Shown here: piece after piece, positions 25,740 to 37,459 of the stretch
How the letters are laid out: each line of letters starts with the position of its first letter
Numbering within the stretch: position 1 is the first letter of the stretch
From: Styela clava
Taxonomy: Eukaryota
Direction: 5' to 3'
Assembly: GCF_964204865.1 (NCBI RefSeq)
Contig: NC_135262.1
Location: 3,596,001 to 3,660,000 of the forward strand
Length of the DNA: 64,000 bases
The notes under the pieces: generated by a model
The model's database searches: none
Seen by the model: the letters and a program-made list of their open reading frames with translations, nothing else
What the model was told of the DNA's origin: nothing
Translations under genes and position numbers: made by a program

Positions 25740-25845
25740 GGTTTGTTACACCCTGGGTGATGTGGGGGAATGGGATTTGAACTCGAAATATGTAATCTGC
25801 GAAGCCAATACAGTTAAGCCAAACGCTTTATCCGCTAGGTCGTAG
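25740..25845 (-). mobile_element. tRNA-derived SINE fragment, second family
   Basis: B-box-like GAGTTCAAATCCC on the minus strand; TAATCTGCGAAGC.AATACA is shared with 56635-56745. Confidence 0.55.
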
Positions 25846-26460
25846 TCAAATTTTTTTTTATTTTGACAAAGGTCACACATAAAGTCATGTCATGTAACAA
25901 GATTGTTATCTGTCGCGAGATTTATTTACGGTTAAGTTTATCAGACACGATCTAATCTGATAAACGCACAAAAGAAATTAATCGTAATTTAGCACGATTT
26001 TCTCGGTAGTACTTACACTATTGTGGTTTACCTTCTTTACTTTGGTGTGATTTAGTTTGGTCAATAATATTTTGCACAAATCAATGACCCGCTCATATAC
26101 CAACCAATACTACACGGCTATTTTACCTTAGAGACAGTGCTCGATAAACCATTAAGCAAAATAAGCACGTGCTTAGGGCACCAAGGGAAGGGCGTACCAC
26201 AGAATTACCTTAAAGTATTTTTCAGTGATGACCTAGTGTCCAATGAAACAAATCGAGTCAGATGACACAGACCTCAATATTGACCCGGTTGAAATAAAGT
26301 TTCAAGTATCATTTTAAATATCTCCATCGATGTTTGCAAGCATAAGAACTTTTTCTCAAAATTTTTTGCAAATTAATCTTAACTTGGCCATCAATTAATT
26401 ATTAATGAATCCTGAAACTGCTTATTTAATTTCAGATAACATGAACACTAGTTTCAATCC

Positions 26461-26550
26461 AGTTAAAGAGTCCAGCTGCACACTAACACAAATGTATTTC
26501 TGTAACGTTTCGTCCGACCAGAGTCAGACTTCTTCAGACGAGCAGTTTAC
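26461..26550 (-). ncRNA. Minimal type I hammerhead-ribozyme-like motif in a Penelope-like pseudo-LTR
   Basis: Minus strand reads CTGAAGA-A-GTCTGAC-TCTG-GTCGGAC-GAAA-CGT-TA-CAG (26537 to 26500): conserved CUGANGA and GAAA boxes, 7-bp stem II with one GU pair, palindromic AACGUU at stem III. Stem I is weak. Confidence 0.65.
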
Positions 26551-26712
26551 AACAATCCCAACATTGTTGTTTACACAACATTTCAAGTCATCAACACAAT
26601 TCGTGCCATGAAAGTGTAGGGAAACAAATCTAGAAATAAAAGGTGATAGGTTAATAATTTGGAGTCCTGCTTCAGCTCCAGCGCAAGTTTTTAATCTACA
26701 CACTTTTTTGTA

Positions 26713-26915
26713 CGAGTGGCCGGAGTGGGCATAAATTATCTCTAATGAATATCAAATTTTACCATAAGCTCATTCGCACATTTACTGAGCACTTCTGGTA
26801 GTAGTAACAATGTTTTGCTCTAGCATGAGAGCTATGTTTGAGTTCGATCCTGCCGTTATTGATAGTAAATTAAACCCATTTAGGCACGAACCAACAGTCC
26901 CTATCCGATTCTTTA
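26713..26915 (+). mobile_element. Possible SINE
   Basis: A box TGGCCGGAGTGG (26717-26728), B box GAGTTCGATCC (26840-26850), tail CCTATCCGAT resembling that of the 670-866 SINE. The A-to-B spacing is unusually long. Confidence 0.4.
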
Positions 26916-27388
26916 CCATGTAATTTTCACAAACATCAAAACAAATGATATCAGCACGATAGACGTGAAAGATTAACGATTCTGGAAATAGTTTTCAGCC
27001 TACAATAATTATTCCATCGCCAATTTAATTAGATTAATTCTTGGTTTAAAGCTGTTATTCTGACACTAGAAGTCAAATAAATCTCCAAAAACATGATTTT
27101 GTGACACCATAGCGAACAAGGTGTTTTGAAAACATGACGAATAGCGGAATAGTATTGTTGTGTTGACTGTTGGCATCTCAGATATTTTGTTATCTTTTAA
27201 TGAAATACTGCAAAAACCTCGATCGTGTCTAGTTAGTCACTCAGGAGAAAAGTAGATTCACTTTTAAGAAAAGGTCACGGTCATCATTGAAATGAGTGTT
27301 TAAAACAGGGTTCCGCGGCACCCTAGGGTTCTTCAAGCACAGTCCAGAGGTTCCGCAAGTTTCCATTCAAATACGAGAGTTTATATTA

Positions 27389-27916
27389 TATGGTGTCCAT
27401 AAAGTCTCTTGACAATTTAAAAAAAATTACAACAAAAAATGGAATGATGATATATTGCAATGGGAATTATTTTATGTTAATCGATATTTCATAAATATTA
27501 TTATTGACAGTAAAATTTATTGTTTCAAATAATAAATTATAATTTATTATGTTTAACGATTGAAATATATGAACCGAACCCCAATAAAATGATTACTCCT
27601 AAGGAAAAAACGCGATGTGTATCCCTGTTCATTGAGACAAAATCATGTGTTCAGACCCAGCGAAACTACAGAAGTAAGTATGGAAGAGACCCGCTACAAC
27701 TTCCTTCCATTCGTTCATGGCACAAAAAATTATGGAGACAGGGACAGTGTTCGATACAAGGAGTAATGAACAACAAAGAACATCTGCAAAATCAACGAGC
27801 GTGTAAGGGAAGCCTTCAAACATTCTCCAATTAATTCCATCCGTAACGCTGCCGGACTACTGGGACTACCACGTTCAACAGTGCACAAAGTCCTACAACA
27901 AATTTACGATTGTATG
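27389..27916 (+). mobile_element. 3'-truncated Tc1/mariner transposon, probable parent of the local MITEs
   Basis: Begins with the TIR GGTGTCCATAAAGTCTCTT shared with the about 205-bp MITEs, followed by a transposase 5' region. Confidence 0.85.
27589..27916 (+). pseudogene. Frameshifted Tc1/mariner transposase N-terminus (DUF4817-type HTH DNA-binding region)
   Basis: MITPKEKTRCVSLFIETKSCVQTQRNYRSKYGRDPLQLPSIRSWHKK / METGTVFDTRS..RTS / ERVREAFKHSPINSIRNAAGLLGLPRSTVHKVL / NLRLY, read across several frameshifts. Recognisable bipartite HTH of Tc1/mariner transposases; the catalytic domain is absent. Confidence 0.85.
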
Positions 27917-28164
27917 TTCGTTGATTGTTCAGTGATAGTTCCACCCAATTGCCCTATGATAGGCGTTTAGAGTCGTAGTCGGCTTTTTAAACTGCCGAGA
28001 GTCTTTGTCAAAATTCAGGCTTTCAATTCGTGATTAAAAAAGCCAAATAATTCCCAAAAACTAAAAAATCATTTATTTATCAAGCGTTATTAACAGTCTA
28101 TTAAGAAGGCTACAAAATTTAATTTTTTTGGAGTTGCGGAAACCCCATAGGGCATAGGCTATAT

Positions 28165-28468
28165 CAGTAGTTCCCAAACGGGAGCACTTGGCCCAGCAAG
28201 GGCAGTTGGAGGTGGCCACAATGCTAGGCGCTAATTTCACTTTTCCCCTTACAGACAAACTCTCCGTTTTTCCTAGTTTCCTCGTTTGATAAGGTTATTT
28301 CCTATGGTGTTTTACCTTAGTTGGGCAATAAATGTTTGCACCTAATGGAATTCGGAATCTACCAATCATAATAACACAATAAATACTACTGGAATGATAA
28401 ACAGTGCGTCATGAGTGCTAAAAGCTTTCGGAAAGCAGCCACGAACCATAAAAGGTTTGGAACCACTG
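28165..28468. mobile_element. hAT MITE
   Basis: TIR CAGTAGTTCCCAAAC / GTTTGGAACCACTG; TSD degenerate; second copy at 10992-11190. Confidence 0.75.
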
Positions 28469-28998
28469 CTATATATAATGATCAATGCCTGTTTACATCA
28501 CAAGTAAAAGGCGTGAAAAAAACCTTACCGTATTCTACAGCGCTTCAGACGCATGGAAGTGAAGAATCCATAACAGGCGATTTTATAAACCAAAGGCGAC
28601 AGTACAAAGTTCAATAATTCTGTCTACACGTATAAAAACCTTCTGGGAAATGAGCCTATGGAGACCAAAACGGAATGCGGATTATTTGAGAGCGCCAAAC
28701 GGTGTTTAATTTCTAATTTTCTATAAATAAATCATTTTTTTGCGATCATTGCATATGCTGGTTTCTTATCTGTCAACATTGATACTAATTAAAGCTGAAA
28801 TACATAGGTCGCAAGTTCAAGTCACAGCCTATCCACAGGGGAGATGTATTTATATGTATATTAACAACTTGTTAATACTTGTTTAACTTGTTTTGCAGAC
28901 ACTGACATGGCGACATTGCAAATCCGGAAAAACCGCAATAATCAGAAATAACTAGAATCAATAGGTCATGTGGCGTTAAGGGCTACAGCGAGAAAGTA

Positions 28999-29040
28999 TA
29001 GGGTGTCCGTAAAGTCTCTTTACAAATAAAAAAAATTATC
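28999..29040 (+). mobile_element. Tc1/mariner TIR fragment
   Basis: TAGGGTGTCCGTAAAGTCTCTTTACAA matches the family TIR. Confidence 0.65.
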
Positions 29041-30210
29041 AGTTTTAAAATTTTATATCACAGCTCAATACAAGACTCTTCACATATTGCCACTTGTATA
29101 TAAGAAATTACCCTTATGGCCAAAAAAGTCATTTTTGTTTAGAAATATACTATTTATTACACCTGTTTAAAAGAGTGAAACAGATGATGGCGTGTATAAG
29201 CGCTGTTCTAGATTAGCGTTACTTCGAATGTCTTGTGGCGCCAACGTTAGAACGCTAATCACTCACTCAATTTACCCGATGTAATAGTTTTTTTCTAAAA
29301 TCCCAAAACAAAGTTGAAAACAACCAGTAATTAAAGATACCAACTTAACCATATTAACAAATTAGTGGTAACTGTAAATAAACGGCCAGGCGGATTCGTT
29401 ATTTTTGCAAGCTCGATTAGAGATCAATTCACTGTTAAAGATTGGTATTGATATTTGAGAGCAAACCGAACCTAAATTTTGGCATACGTTTGTCATCAAT
29501 GACAATTCATGTTTACTTGGCCTATCCAGCATACACTGCCTATCTTCCCCTCAGTCTTATTTCAGATCAGAAGAAAGAACTTATGTTACTCACTATAATA
29601 ATAAAAGAACAAGAAACAAAGTGTGACCTTACTTACGAACTCTGCTGCTGTCAAACCATCTTCCAGTACAAACGCTCTGATATAATTCGATTGATTTGGA
29701 ATGAAAGAAATAACAAAGTACAAAGTAATTAGACTTCAGTTGTTTGCTTAATGTTTAATCAAAGCCTGCATGTCATATTTTGCTTTGTAGTTGCAGTGCA
29801 TATCATAGTTCATTTGTATTGTTTTGATTCGTCGTCTGTGAGTTATCATACGTTTCCTTTCAATGAACCCTTCTGGGTTAACGCTTTGTTATGCCTGGAG
29901 TTACCCATTTTGGCAATTAACACTTTTAATAAAATAGGTAATAAAATGGGTCTCTAATGATCATCATCATGAAAAAGTGTTGCAAGCTCTTTGAAAGAGG
30001 TTATAGGATTAAAGTAATAAAACGTTTGAGGAAAGCTGACTGGAAATATCAACTTTTGAGTCGATTGTAGATATAGAGTTTTACTCAATTTCGTAACTAT
30101 TTTAATTTATCTAATTTTTCCTTGTTGTCCAATTGCTGTCCGATAATAAGTTATATCGATTTTCAAAATTTGGAGCGCATAATTTGAACGATTAATATAA
30201 CGTTTAATAG

Positions 30211-30443
30211 GGTACTCCCGAAGTATGTGAACCGAGATGGCGGACACCATGACGTAGTTTGTGTACCAGGTTAGGGTTAGGCAATAATTTTAGATACAAA
30301 TACTACGGGAGTCACTTGACTAGTCCCCGAACTCGTAATAGAATTAAAATAAGGAAAATTGGAATAAAATTATGGCCTAATTCTATCCTGGTACACATAC
30401 TACTTTCCGGTGCCCGCCATCTTGGTTCACATACTTCGGAATA
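30211..30443. mobile_element. Merlin-like MITE, subfamily A
   Basis: Long TIR GGTACTCCCGAAGTATGTGAACCGAGATGGCGGACACC...GTACCAGGTTAGGGTTAGGC; right TIR more decayed. Confidence 0.9.
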
Positions 30444-30622
30444 ATTTAATGTGAATGCGACCTTTGACCCGGCAAAACACCGTCGAAATTAATAAATACC
30501 GAGGTACTGTACTTTGAACTTATAATAAATTTAATATAATAATATAATATTGAAAATATGATCTGTGGGAGATTATATCAGCCACTCAAAATTTAATTAA
30601 CTCTTTCCTCTTCTCTATTTTA

Positions 30623-30815
30623 CAGGATGTCCATAAAGTCTCTTTACAATTTCAATTTTTTTATTAAGTCAGTTCTCACTATTTTTTAAACAGGTTTGTT
30701 GTTTTTTAATCAGTAATTGTTTAAGTATTTTTACTTCATTTAATACATCTGTGAGGGTCAAAACAATATATGGTATAAATAAATTCCCTTTGCAATTTTA
30801 AAAAATTTTAAGACT
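30623..30815 (+). mobile_element. Tc1/mariner MITE
   Basis: TA-CAGGATGTCCATAAAGTC...; colinear with 13271-13477; right end eroded. Confidence 0.8.
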
Positions 30816-31367
30816 TGAATCGAAATCCAAATCGAAACAAAAATTTTTTTTTAAATATGAGCCATATATATAACTTTTGCGGTGGTGAGCAAAGTTTTCA
30901 TCTATTGACACAAATTTTTAATCAAATAATGATTAAATTGGACCTGGAGATGGGAAACTCATCGAGTACAGAATATTAAAAAGCTTGGATAACATTAATA
31001 ATAGGAAATTGAAATATTCCAAAAAAGCTATCTGTCAAATCAACTATACGTATTCTTCTACTATGCTTATGCTTTAATATTTGCCTGAGAAAGTCTGAAT
31101 TTGATGCGGGAAACCGTGACAGACTAAAATTTGTGAATTTTGCCATCTTACCATTTGGCAATTTCATAACCGGTGTTCGCGTTCGCGCTGCTTACTTGTA
31201 TATTAATTCTATAGTAAACATCCAATTAACGGATGCGGTTTTTGAAGACACAAAGGCGACAAACTTTGACTTTGTAATATTAACTAAGAACCGCAAATAA
31301 ATCACTAGGGAGATGAGAACTCATTCATCGCTTTCTCATTAACAGCAATCGGATAAGTAAATTATTC

Positions 31368-31719
31368 GTTACTCCTGAAGTATGTGAACCAAGATGGCGG
31401 ACACCGGAACGTAGAATGTGTACCAGGCTAGGGTTAGGACTTAATTTTATTCCAATTTTCTTTAATTTAGTTCTATTACGAGTTCGGGGACTAGCCAAGT
31501 GACTGCAGTATTTGTACCTGAAATTATGGCCTAACCCTAACCTGGTACACAAACTACGTCATGGTGTCCGCCATCTCGGTTCACATACTTCGGGAGTACC
31601 CTATTAAACGTTATATTAATCGTTCAAATTATGCGCTCCAAATTTTGAAAATCGATATAACTTATTATCGGACTACGTTTCGGTGTCCGCCATCTTGGTT
31701 CACATACTTCGGGAGTACC
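31368..31719. mobile_element. Merlin-like MITE, subfamily A, with a templated insertion in its right TIR
   Basis: TSD AATTATTC/AATTATTT brackets 31368-31719; 31529-31673 is the exact reverse complement of 30138-30282. Confidence 0.9.
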
Positions 31720-33926
31720 AATTATTTTATAGAACATAAAGTGTACCATTGTGTCGTGCCCCTCGGCACTTCATTATTAGGTTTCTGACAGCATAAAAAC
31801 AGCTTGAAAAATTTGTCTCTTGTCCCATTCAAAAGGCCAATTTAAAAATGCAAACTTTTATAAAAGAAAAAGATCAGCACGGCCGTACATTTAATCATTT
31901 TATTCGTTTTGAAAAGCCGTGAATGTTTAAATTTTTTCTCGATTATACAGTTGATCATTGCTGTATGTACATGAGTCCTTTGTCAATTTCACAACTACAA
32001 ACATCTTTGACAACCTTGCTTTTATTGCAAAATGTCGTTAAATTACTTTGTAGTTTGCACTATATCTTTTATTTCGATTTAATCAAATCATATCAAATCG
32101 TTCGTAATAGGTAAGTACAGTATTAAGTATATAGTTCGCAAGCTAGGCCACACTCAATTTCATGTACTCATCGTTCGTATGGGTTTCTCATTCTACAGTA
32201 AAATAGGAGCGACGGGGAGTTTACTTTAAAAATAGTCAGTACCAGAAAGTTTAAAATACTATTTTTTTAAAATCTCCAATTTGGTAAAAACAGCAAAATT
32301 TGCCGAAATTTTGTGTTAGCTTGTACCTGATTGTTATATTATTCTTTTAGTATCAATTGCTGAACAAAAAATGAACTACAAAACGCACACCGTGAAATAT
32401 TTGGGCTTATCTGATGTTCTATTCTTGTGAAATAAATAAGTACTAAACATAATAAGGACGAAAAGAGTTCACGATTCAACGGACTCAATTCACCTGTCAC
32501 ATCCCTTGATTTTCATAAGCAGATGAAAATTTATGAAAATTAAAGCTCAACAAGTTCACAACATGCAATCAAGCAATTAATAGAAATAGGCATCATGTAA
32601 TAACACAGTAGTAGTTTGTTTTACAAACTCAGAACAGTTCAATAAGGAAATTTTCTGACAAAAAAGATGATAAACAATTTGAATTTTGTAGCAAATTATT
32701 CTGTACTATTGTTGCAGTAAACTGTTAATAATATGACAAAAAACAGTAAGGATTAAAAAACACCTCTCGAGTCTTCATCTTATTCAGAAAAATATTAAAT
32801 TTACATTTTTGTTGCTTCACAGTAATAAAACAGCGAAAGAAAATTAATTTAGCAGTAAAACTGTCATTAATAATAATAAAACCGCGGGTATTAGTATAAT
32901 AGTTATAATAGAACAGTTAGCTTTAGAAAGTAGAAGAATCTCCAAATATATTCCAATTTTTCTTCTAGAAAGTCAAAGGATTTACTTGAAAATGAAACAA
33001 AATTTACTATTTTTTGTTTCTTCACAATAAGCCAACACCCACAACAAACAATGCAAAATCCTACTAAATAATGCTGTCACTTGGGAATGCTAATCATTCA
33101 AAATCCTCTAACATTAACAATTGACGTCAATAATTAGTGCAATCTTATTTAAAGAGCAAGTTTCTTTTTTTTTATCGCGTCGGTTGAAAATTCAGGTAGC
33201 TGTATGACTCTTTATGTAAAACTCTTGTTGAATGAAGCTTCTGATTGTTTCATGATTGCATGATTGGACGTGTAGAATCTTGTTCAACAGCATTTGTTTG
33301 AGTGGAGTGCATATTTGCTGGTTTTTGTTCAAACCGGATGATTTATATAAATGGAAAAAAAGAATTTGTTACCTGAAAATGAAATTTTCCTTTCATTTAT
33401 ATTTTATTTGGTTTTGAACGATGTCAGGGATGAGTTCTTGGAATTGAATTTGAATTTACAGTTATTTTTTTGCAATATTATCAATATTTATTCAACCTGT
33501 TTTTTCTTCTTCAGAATTTGCGTATTATTTTTACGTGTTCTTGGGCGCCACTAGAAGAACAATTACTAAGATGCGGTAAAATTACAAACTTCTGTCTAAC
33601 ATTCTTATTCGTTCTCAAATTTACATCTAAATCTCGTTGAATTTTTGTTTGTTTTCAGTAATCAACTTGCTTTCAAACATTGCAGTTATTATGCAGACAT
33701 TTAATTAAGTGATAAATAATAAACAGAGTTGTCTCGCGGTGTATGTCTCGCCTCAATGAAAAATTTGTATCTTGCTACAATACTTCTTACGTGCTAATAC
33801 TACCACACACATGTGTGTTGTTTCGTAAGCTAGTGAAATATGTGATAGTTTTCGTAACACAAATAGGTAAAAAAATATTTAACTATTGGTTTTTAGAAGT
33901 TTTAGATAAAACTGACATATATTGTG

Positions 33927-34814
33927 CAGGGGTTCTCAAACTTTTGGTGTTGCGGAGCCCCTGGAAAGGTTGACTATTATTCGCGGAGCCCCAAAAGAAA
34001 TGTTAAAATTGTAGCTTTCCGATAAATATTCCTGAGTAAGTTAAAAGTACTTAACTTAATTTAAAGGCTAAACCTTTTTTTAATGGGGTTAATGCAAGTC
34101 ATAAATAAATCAAAATTTCAAAGATAAATTATATATACTCTTACTAAAGCTGTAAATTTGACACTTGACAAACATATTAATAAACTAGGGGTCGAATCTT
34201 TTCCCTTTTGACAATTTCGGAAGACTTAAAACTAAAAGGCTGCTAATAACGTGCGCGATTGCATTTTGTTACAATCACCGATAGTTTTCGTCAGCATGGC
34301 ATGTTAAACATCTTTACGCCAGTGTTTATTCTCCCTAAATCAAAAATTTTCTTCGGCTTATACACGTATTGTTCCACAATGACGACGATGATTGCTTTTT
34401 TGTTCTCGTGGGGAATTATGAGTTCAATGTGAAAAACATGTTACCATATATAGTCATCGGCGACGAAATGCTAAAATAATAATTAATAATAAAGAGGTAA
34501 ATCCGCAACTCAAATTTCTTGATTGAAAAACGGCATTCCAAAATATTAAATTTCAAAATAAAAGATCACACTATAAGTTTGGTTTTAGCAGACTCACGTC
34601 AGATTAAAAACGCTTTTATAGGCATTGTAAATCACAAAATTTGGTGTAATGTTCGAGGCTATAATGTTGTCAAATTTTATCAAAGCTGTTATTGTTTCTT
34701 TGAACAGTTACAAAACTAGTCATTATTTTGAAAAGTAATCGGATAGCTCACGGAGCCCCTAGGTTTCTCTCGCGGAGCCCTGGGGCTCCGTACGGAGCAC
34801 TTTGAGAACCTATG
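33927..34814. mobile_element. Non-autonomous hAT element, about 890 bp
   Basis: TIR CAGGGGTTCTCAAA / TTTGAGAACCTATG; CGGAGCCC subterminal repeats at both ends; no clear TSD. Confidence 0.8.
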
Positions 34815-34829
34815 GTAGGGTATCATGCT

Positions 34830-35180
34830 TTCTATTACTTATTAGCAATATTATGTATACGTGTATAAAAACTTATACACACACAAACATAATAATTGAT
34901 TTTTTGCCAGTTTTGCATCAAAACAATAGTGCGAAGGAGAATCTGACAAATCATGAATTCTATTACCTATTAGCAATAGGTTTTCACACACACACACATA
35001 TTATTGACTTTTTTTGCCAATCTTGCACCAAAACAATAGTGCGGAGGTGGATGTGACATATCATGAATTATATTACATATTAGCAATGAGTTAGCATACA
35101 CACACACACATATATAATACATGATAAGGACTTTTTGCCAATTTTGTATCAAACCAATAGCGCGAAAGTGAATCTGACAA
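34830..35180 (+). repeat. Tandem array, 3 x about 110-125 bp, with short (CA)n
   Basis: ATTAGCAAT..CACACACA..TTTTTGCCA..CAATAG.GCG..TGACA repeated three times. Confidence 0.88.
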
Positions 35181-35895
35181 ATTGGAGTCAATTTATTTGC
35201 CACTGTCTTGTTCAAAAGGGAAATGCAATTTTAGGTTTTGGACTTTAAGATTCGCTGAAGAAATTATGAAATATGCTATGACTTTATTATTAGCGCTATC
35301 TTGCATTATCATACTACAGAACATTTGATGCCAAATAACAAAAAGTAAAGCCACAGATATCAGAGGGTTTGTACCATTTGTTGCCATGCACGGTTCAAAA
35401 GTCAAAGGTCGATATTAATATATTTATCAAACGATGTCTCAAATAAATTGTTTAATTAAATTTATTCATCGCTCTTAACTATAAACCATTATCGATCAAA
35501 CGGCGTCTTAATACACAGTGAAATTGCGATTTGCAACATTGTGGCCACTTTCAAGTCTGCTCGCCGATTGAGTCATAAGTTCACTAACACCACTTCAAGG
35601 TTACTCAATAATAAGAATTCATTTGTGAACTAACACTTGATTGAGACTTAAATTGACTAAAACACAACAGTACTTGTTGCTATATGCTATAGCAAATTAA
35701 TAATCTAGCGTTATGACCTTATAGTATTAATGCTTTTTTAAGTCTTAATATGTATCCGCGGTAGTGTTCATTGAATAGTATTGCTATCGCTTGAAGTAAA
35801 TTAGAGAATGTTCATCATACCTTTTGAAATGGAATTATTTCAATATGATTGAACGTATGGTAATATATATAATAACATACGGGACACATGCTATA

Positions 35896-36101
35896 TAAGG
35901 TGTCCAGAAAGTCTTAAAAAATGTTAAAATTGCCAAGGGGAATTCATCGATATACCACATATTGTTTTGGCTCACAAAAGTATTAAATGAAGTAAAAATA
36001 CTTAACAATTACTGATTAAAAATAACAAACCTGATTAGGATATATTGAGAACTGACTTCATGACAAAATTGAAATTGTGAAGGAACTTTATGAACACCCT
36101 G
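35896..36101 (-). mobile_element. Tc1/mariner MITE
   Basis: Ends ACTTTATGAACACCCTG-TA; reverse complement of 13271-13477. Confidence 0.85.
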
Positions 36102-36929
36102 TATATTGTTGGATAACTGATTTAAGTTAATATTCCACCTTTTTCATTTCAATTATCCAACATATTGCCACCGTAAGGAAACTGTGTTTTTCTTTGTACT
36201 GAATAGGAATATATGATGAGCTTCTTATAGAAACGATTTGAAATTATTTCCCATGTGAATATGCTGCTGTTTAATATAAAAAGCATTCACGCGTAATCTT
36301 CAGTTTTCGCATTTGTTGACGGACGAGAATCTTTCATGTTGATCATCATCGAATTCGAAATTATAATTATAATTCGAAATACACCATATAGCTATTTATT
36401 CAAGGTAATAGTTTATTCATTAGTTTCTTAATATACATATAGAATTACGATGACTCACTAGCGTTCCAATAAAATTGCTTCAACAGAATATACATAGATG
36501 ATAAGATAATATACAATCTATAGTCTGGAAAACATAAATTAAAACTTACATAGTTTGTGATTAGTGAATTGTTGGTTGTCTTTTACATTCACATTTAGGT
36601 AATCTTTCATTCTTCCAAAAATTTCGAAATTCGTGTCGGAACTTGGTAAGATTTTTAAAATTGACAAAATAATAATAACACTGATAAAGATAGTCCAAAT
36701 TGAAATTTGATTTGGAATTGCGTACGGAATTCTTTTATTTCTGATGATGCGGTAAGAGCGCGGTAACAAGAAACTGATATTCAGGTGTAATTGGAAATTT
36801 TGTTCGCTATTTCATAAATTAATATCATGCTTCGTTCGAAGAAGTTGGCCTATGATCAAACAAAACTCACAAATGTATTCGCTATTTTGTCAAAAATGCC
36901 TATGCTAATCTCATTTATCATCCTGCGGC

Positions 36930-37162
36930 GGCGCTCCAGAAGTATGTGTACCAAGATGGCGAACACCGCAACGTCGTATGTGCACCAGGTTAAAGTTAGG
37001 CCATAACTTTATCTCAATTTTCCCTATTTTAGTTCTATTACGAGTTCGTTGACTAGCCAAGTGACTCCCGTAATATTTGTACCTGAAATTATGTCCTAAC
37101 CCTAAACTGGTACACATACTACGTTCCGGTGTCCGCCATCTTGGTGCACATACTTCTGTACC
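36930..37162. mobile_element. Merlin-like MITE, subfamily A
   Basis: GGCGCTCC...GTACC with TSD CCTGCGGC/CGTGCGGC (7 of 8 match). Confidence 0.9.
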
Positions 37163-37459
37163 CGTGCGGCAATTGCCACATATGGTTGAGACGAAGTAGG
37201 AAGAAGGCGAGGAGAAAAAGACTTGCAGTTCAATATCGAACGGCTTAATATTCACTGCATTATATATCTTACAGAAATAAGGGACATTTGTTATGTTTTA
37301 CTCGTTTAAATCTCATTACATTTCGATCAGGGATATCTGTTATCAGGTGATTTCGGTTCAAATCGAATAATTCTAAATTAATATGCAAATAGGCTTACAT
37401 TTCACGTTGCCAGATAACATCTCAACAGAAAATAAATTTTATTTTTTTAACGTTTTCCA

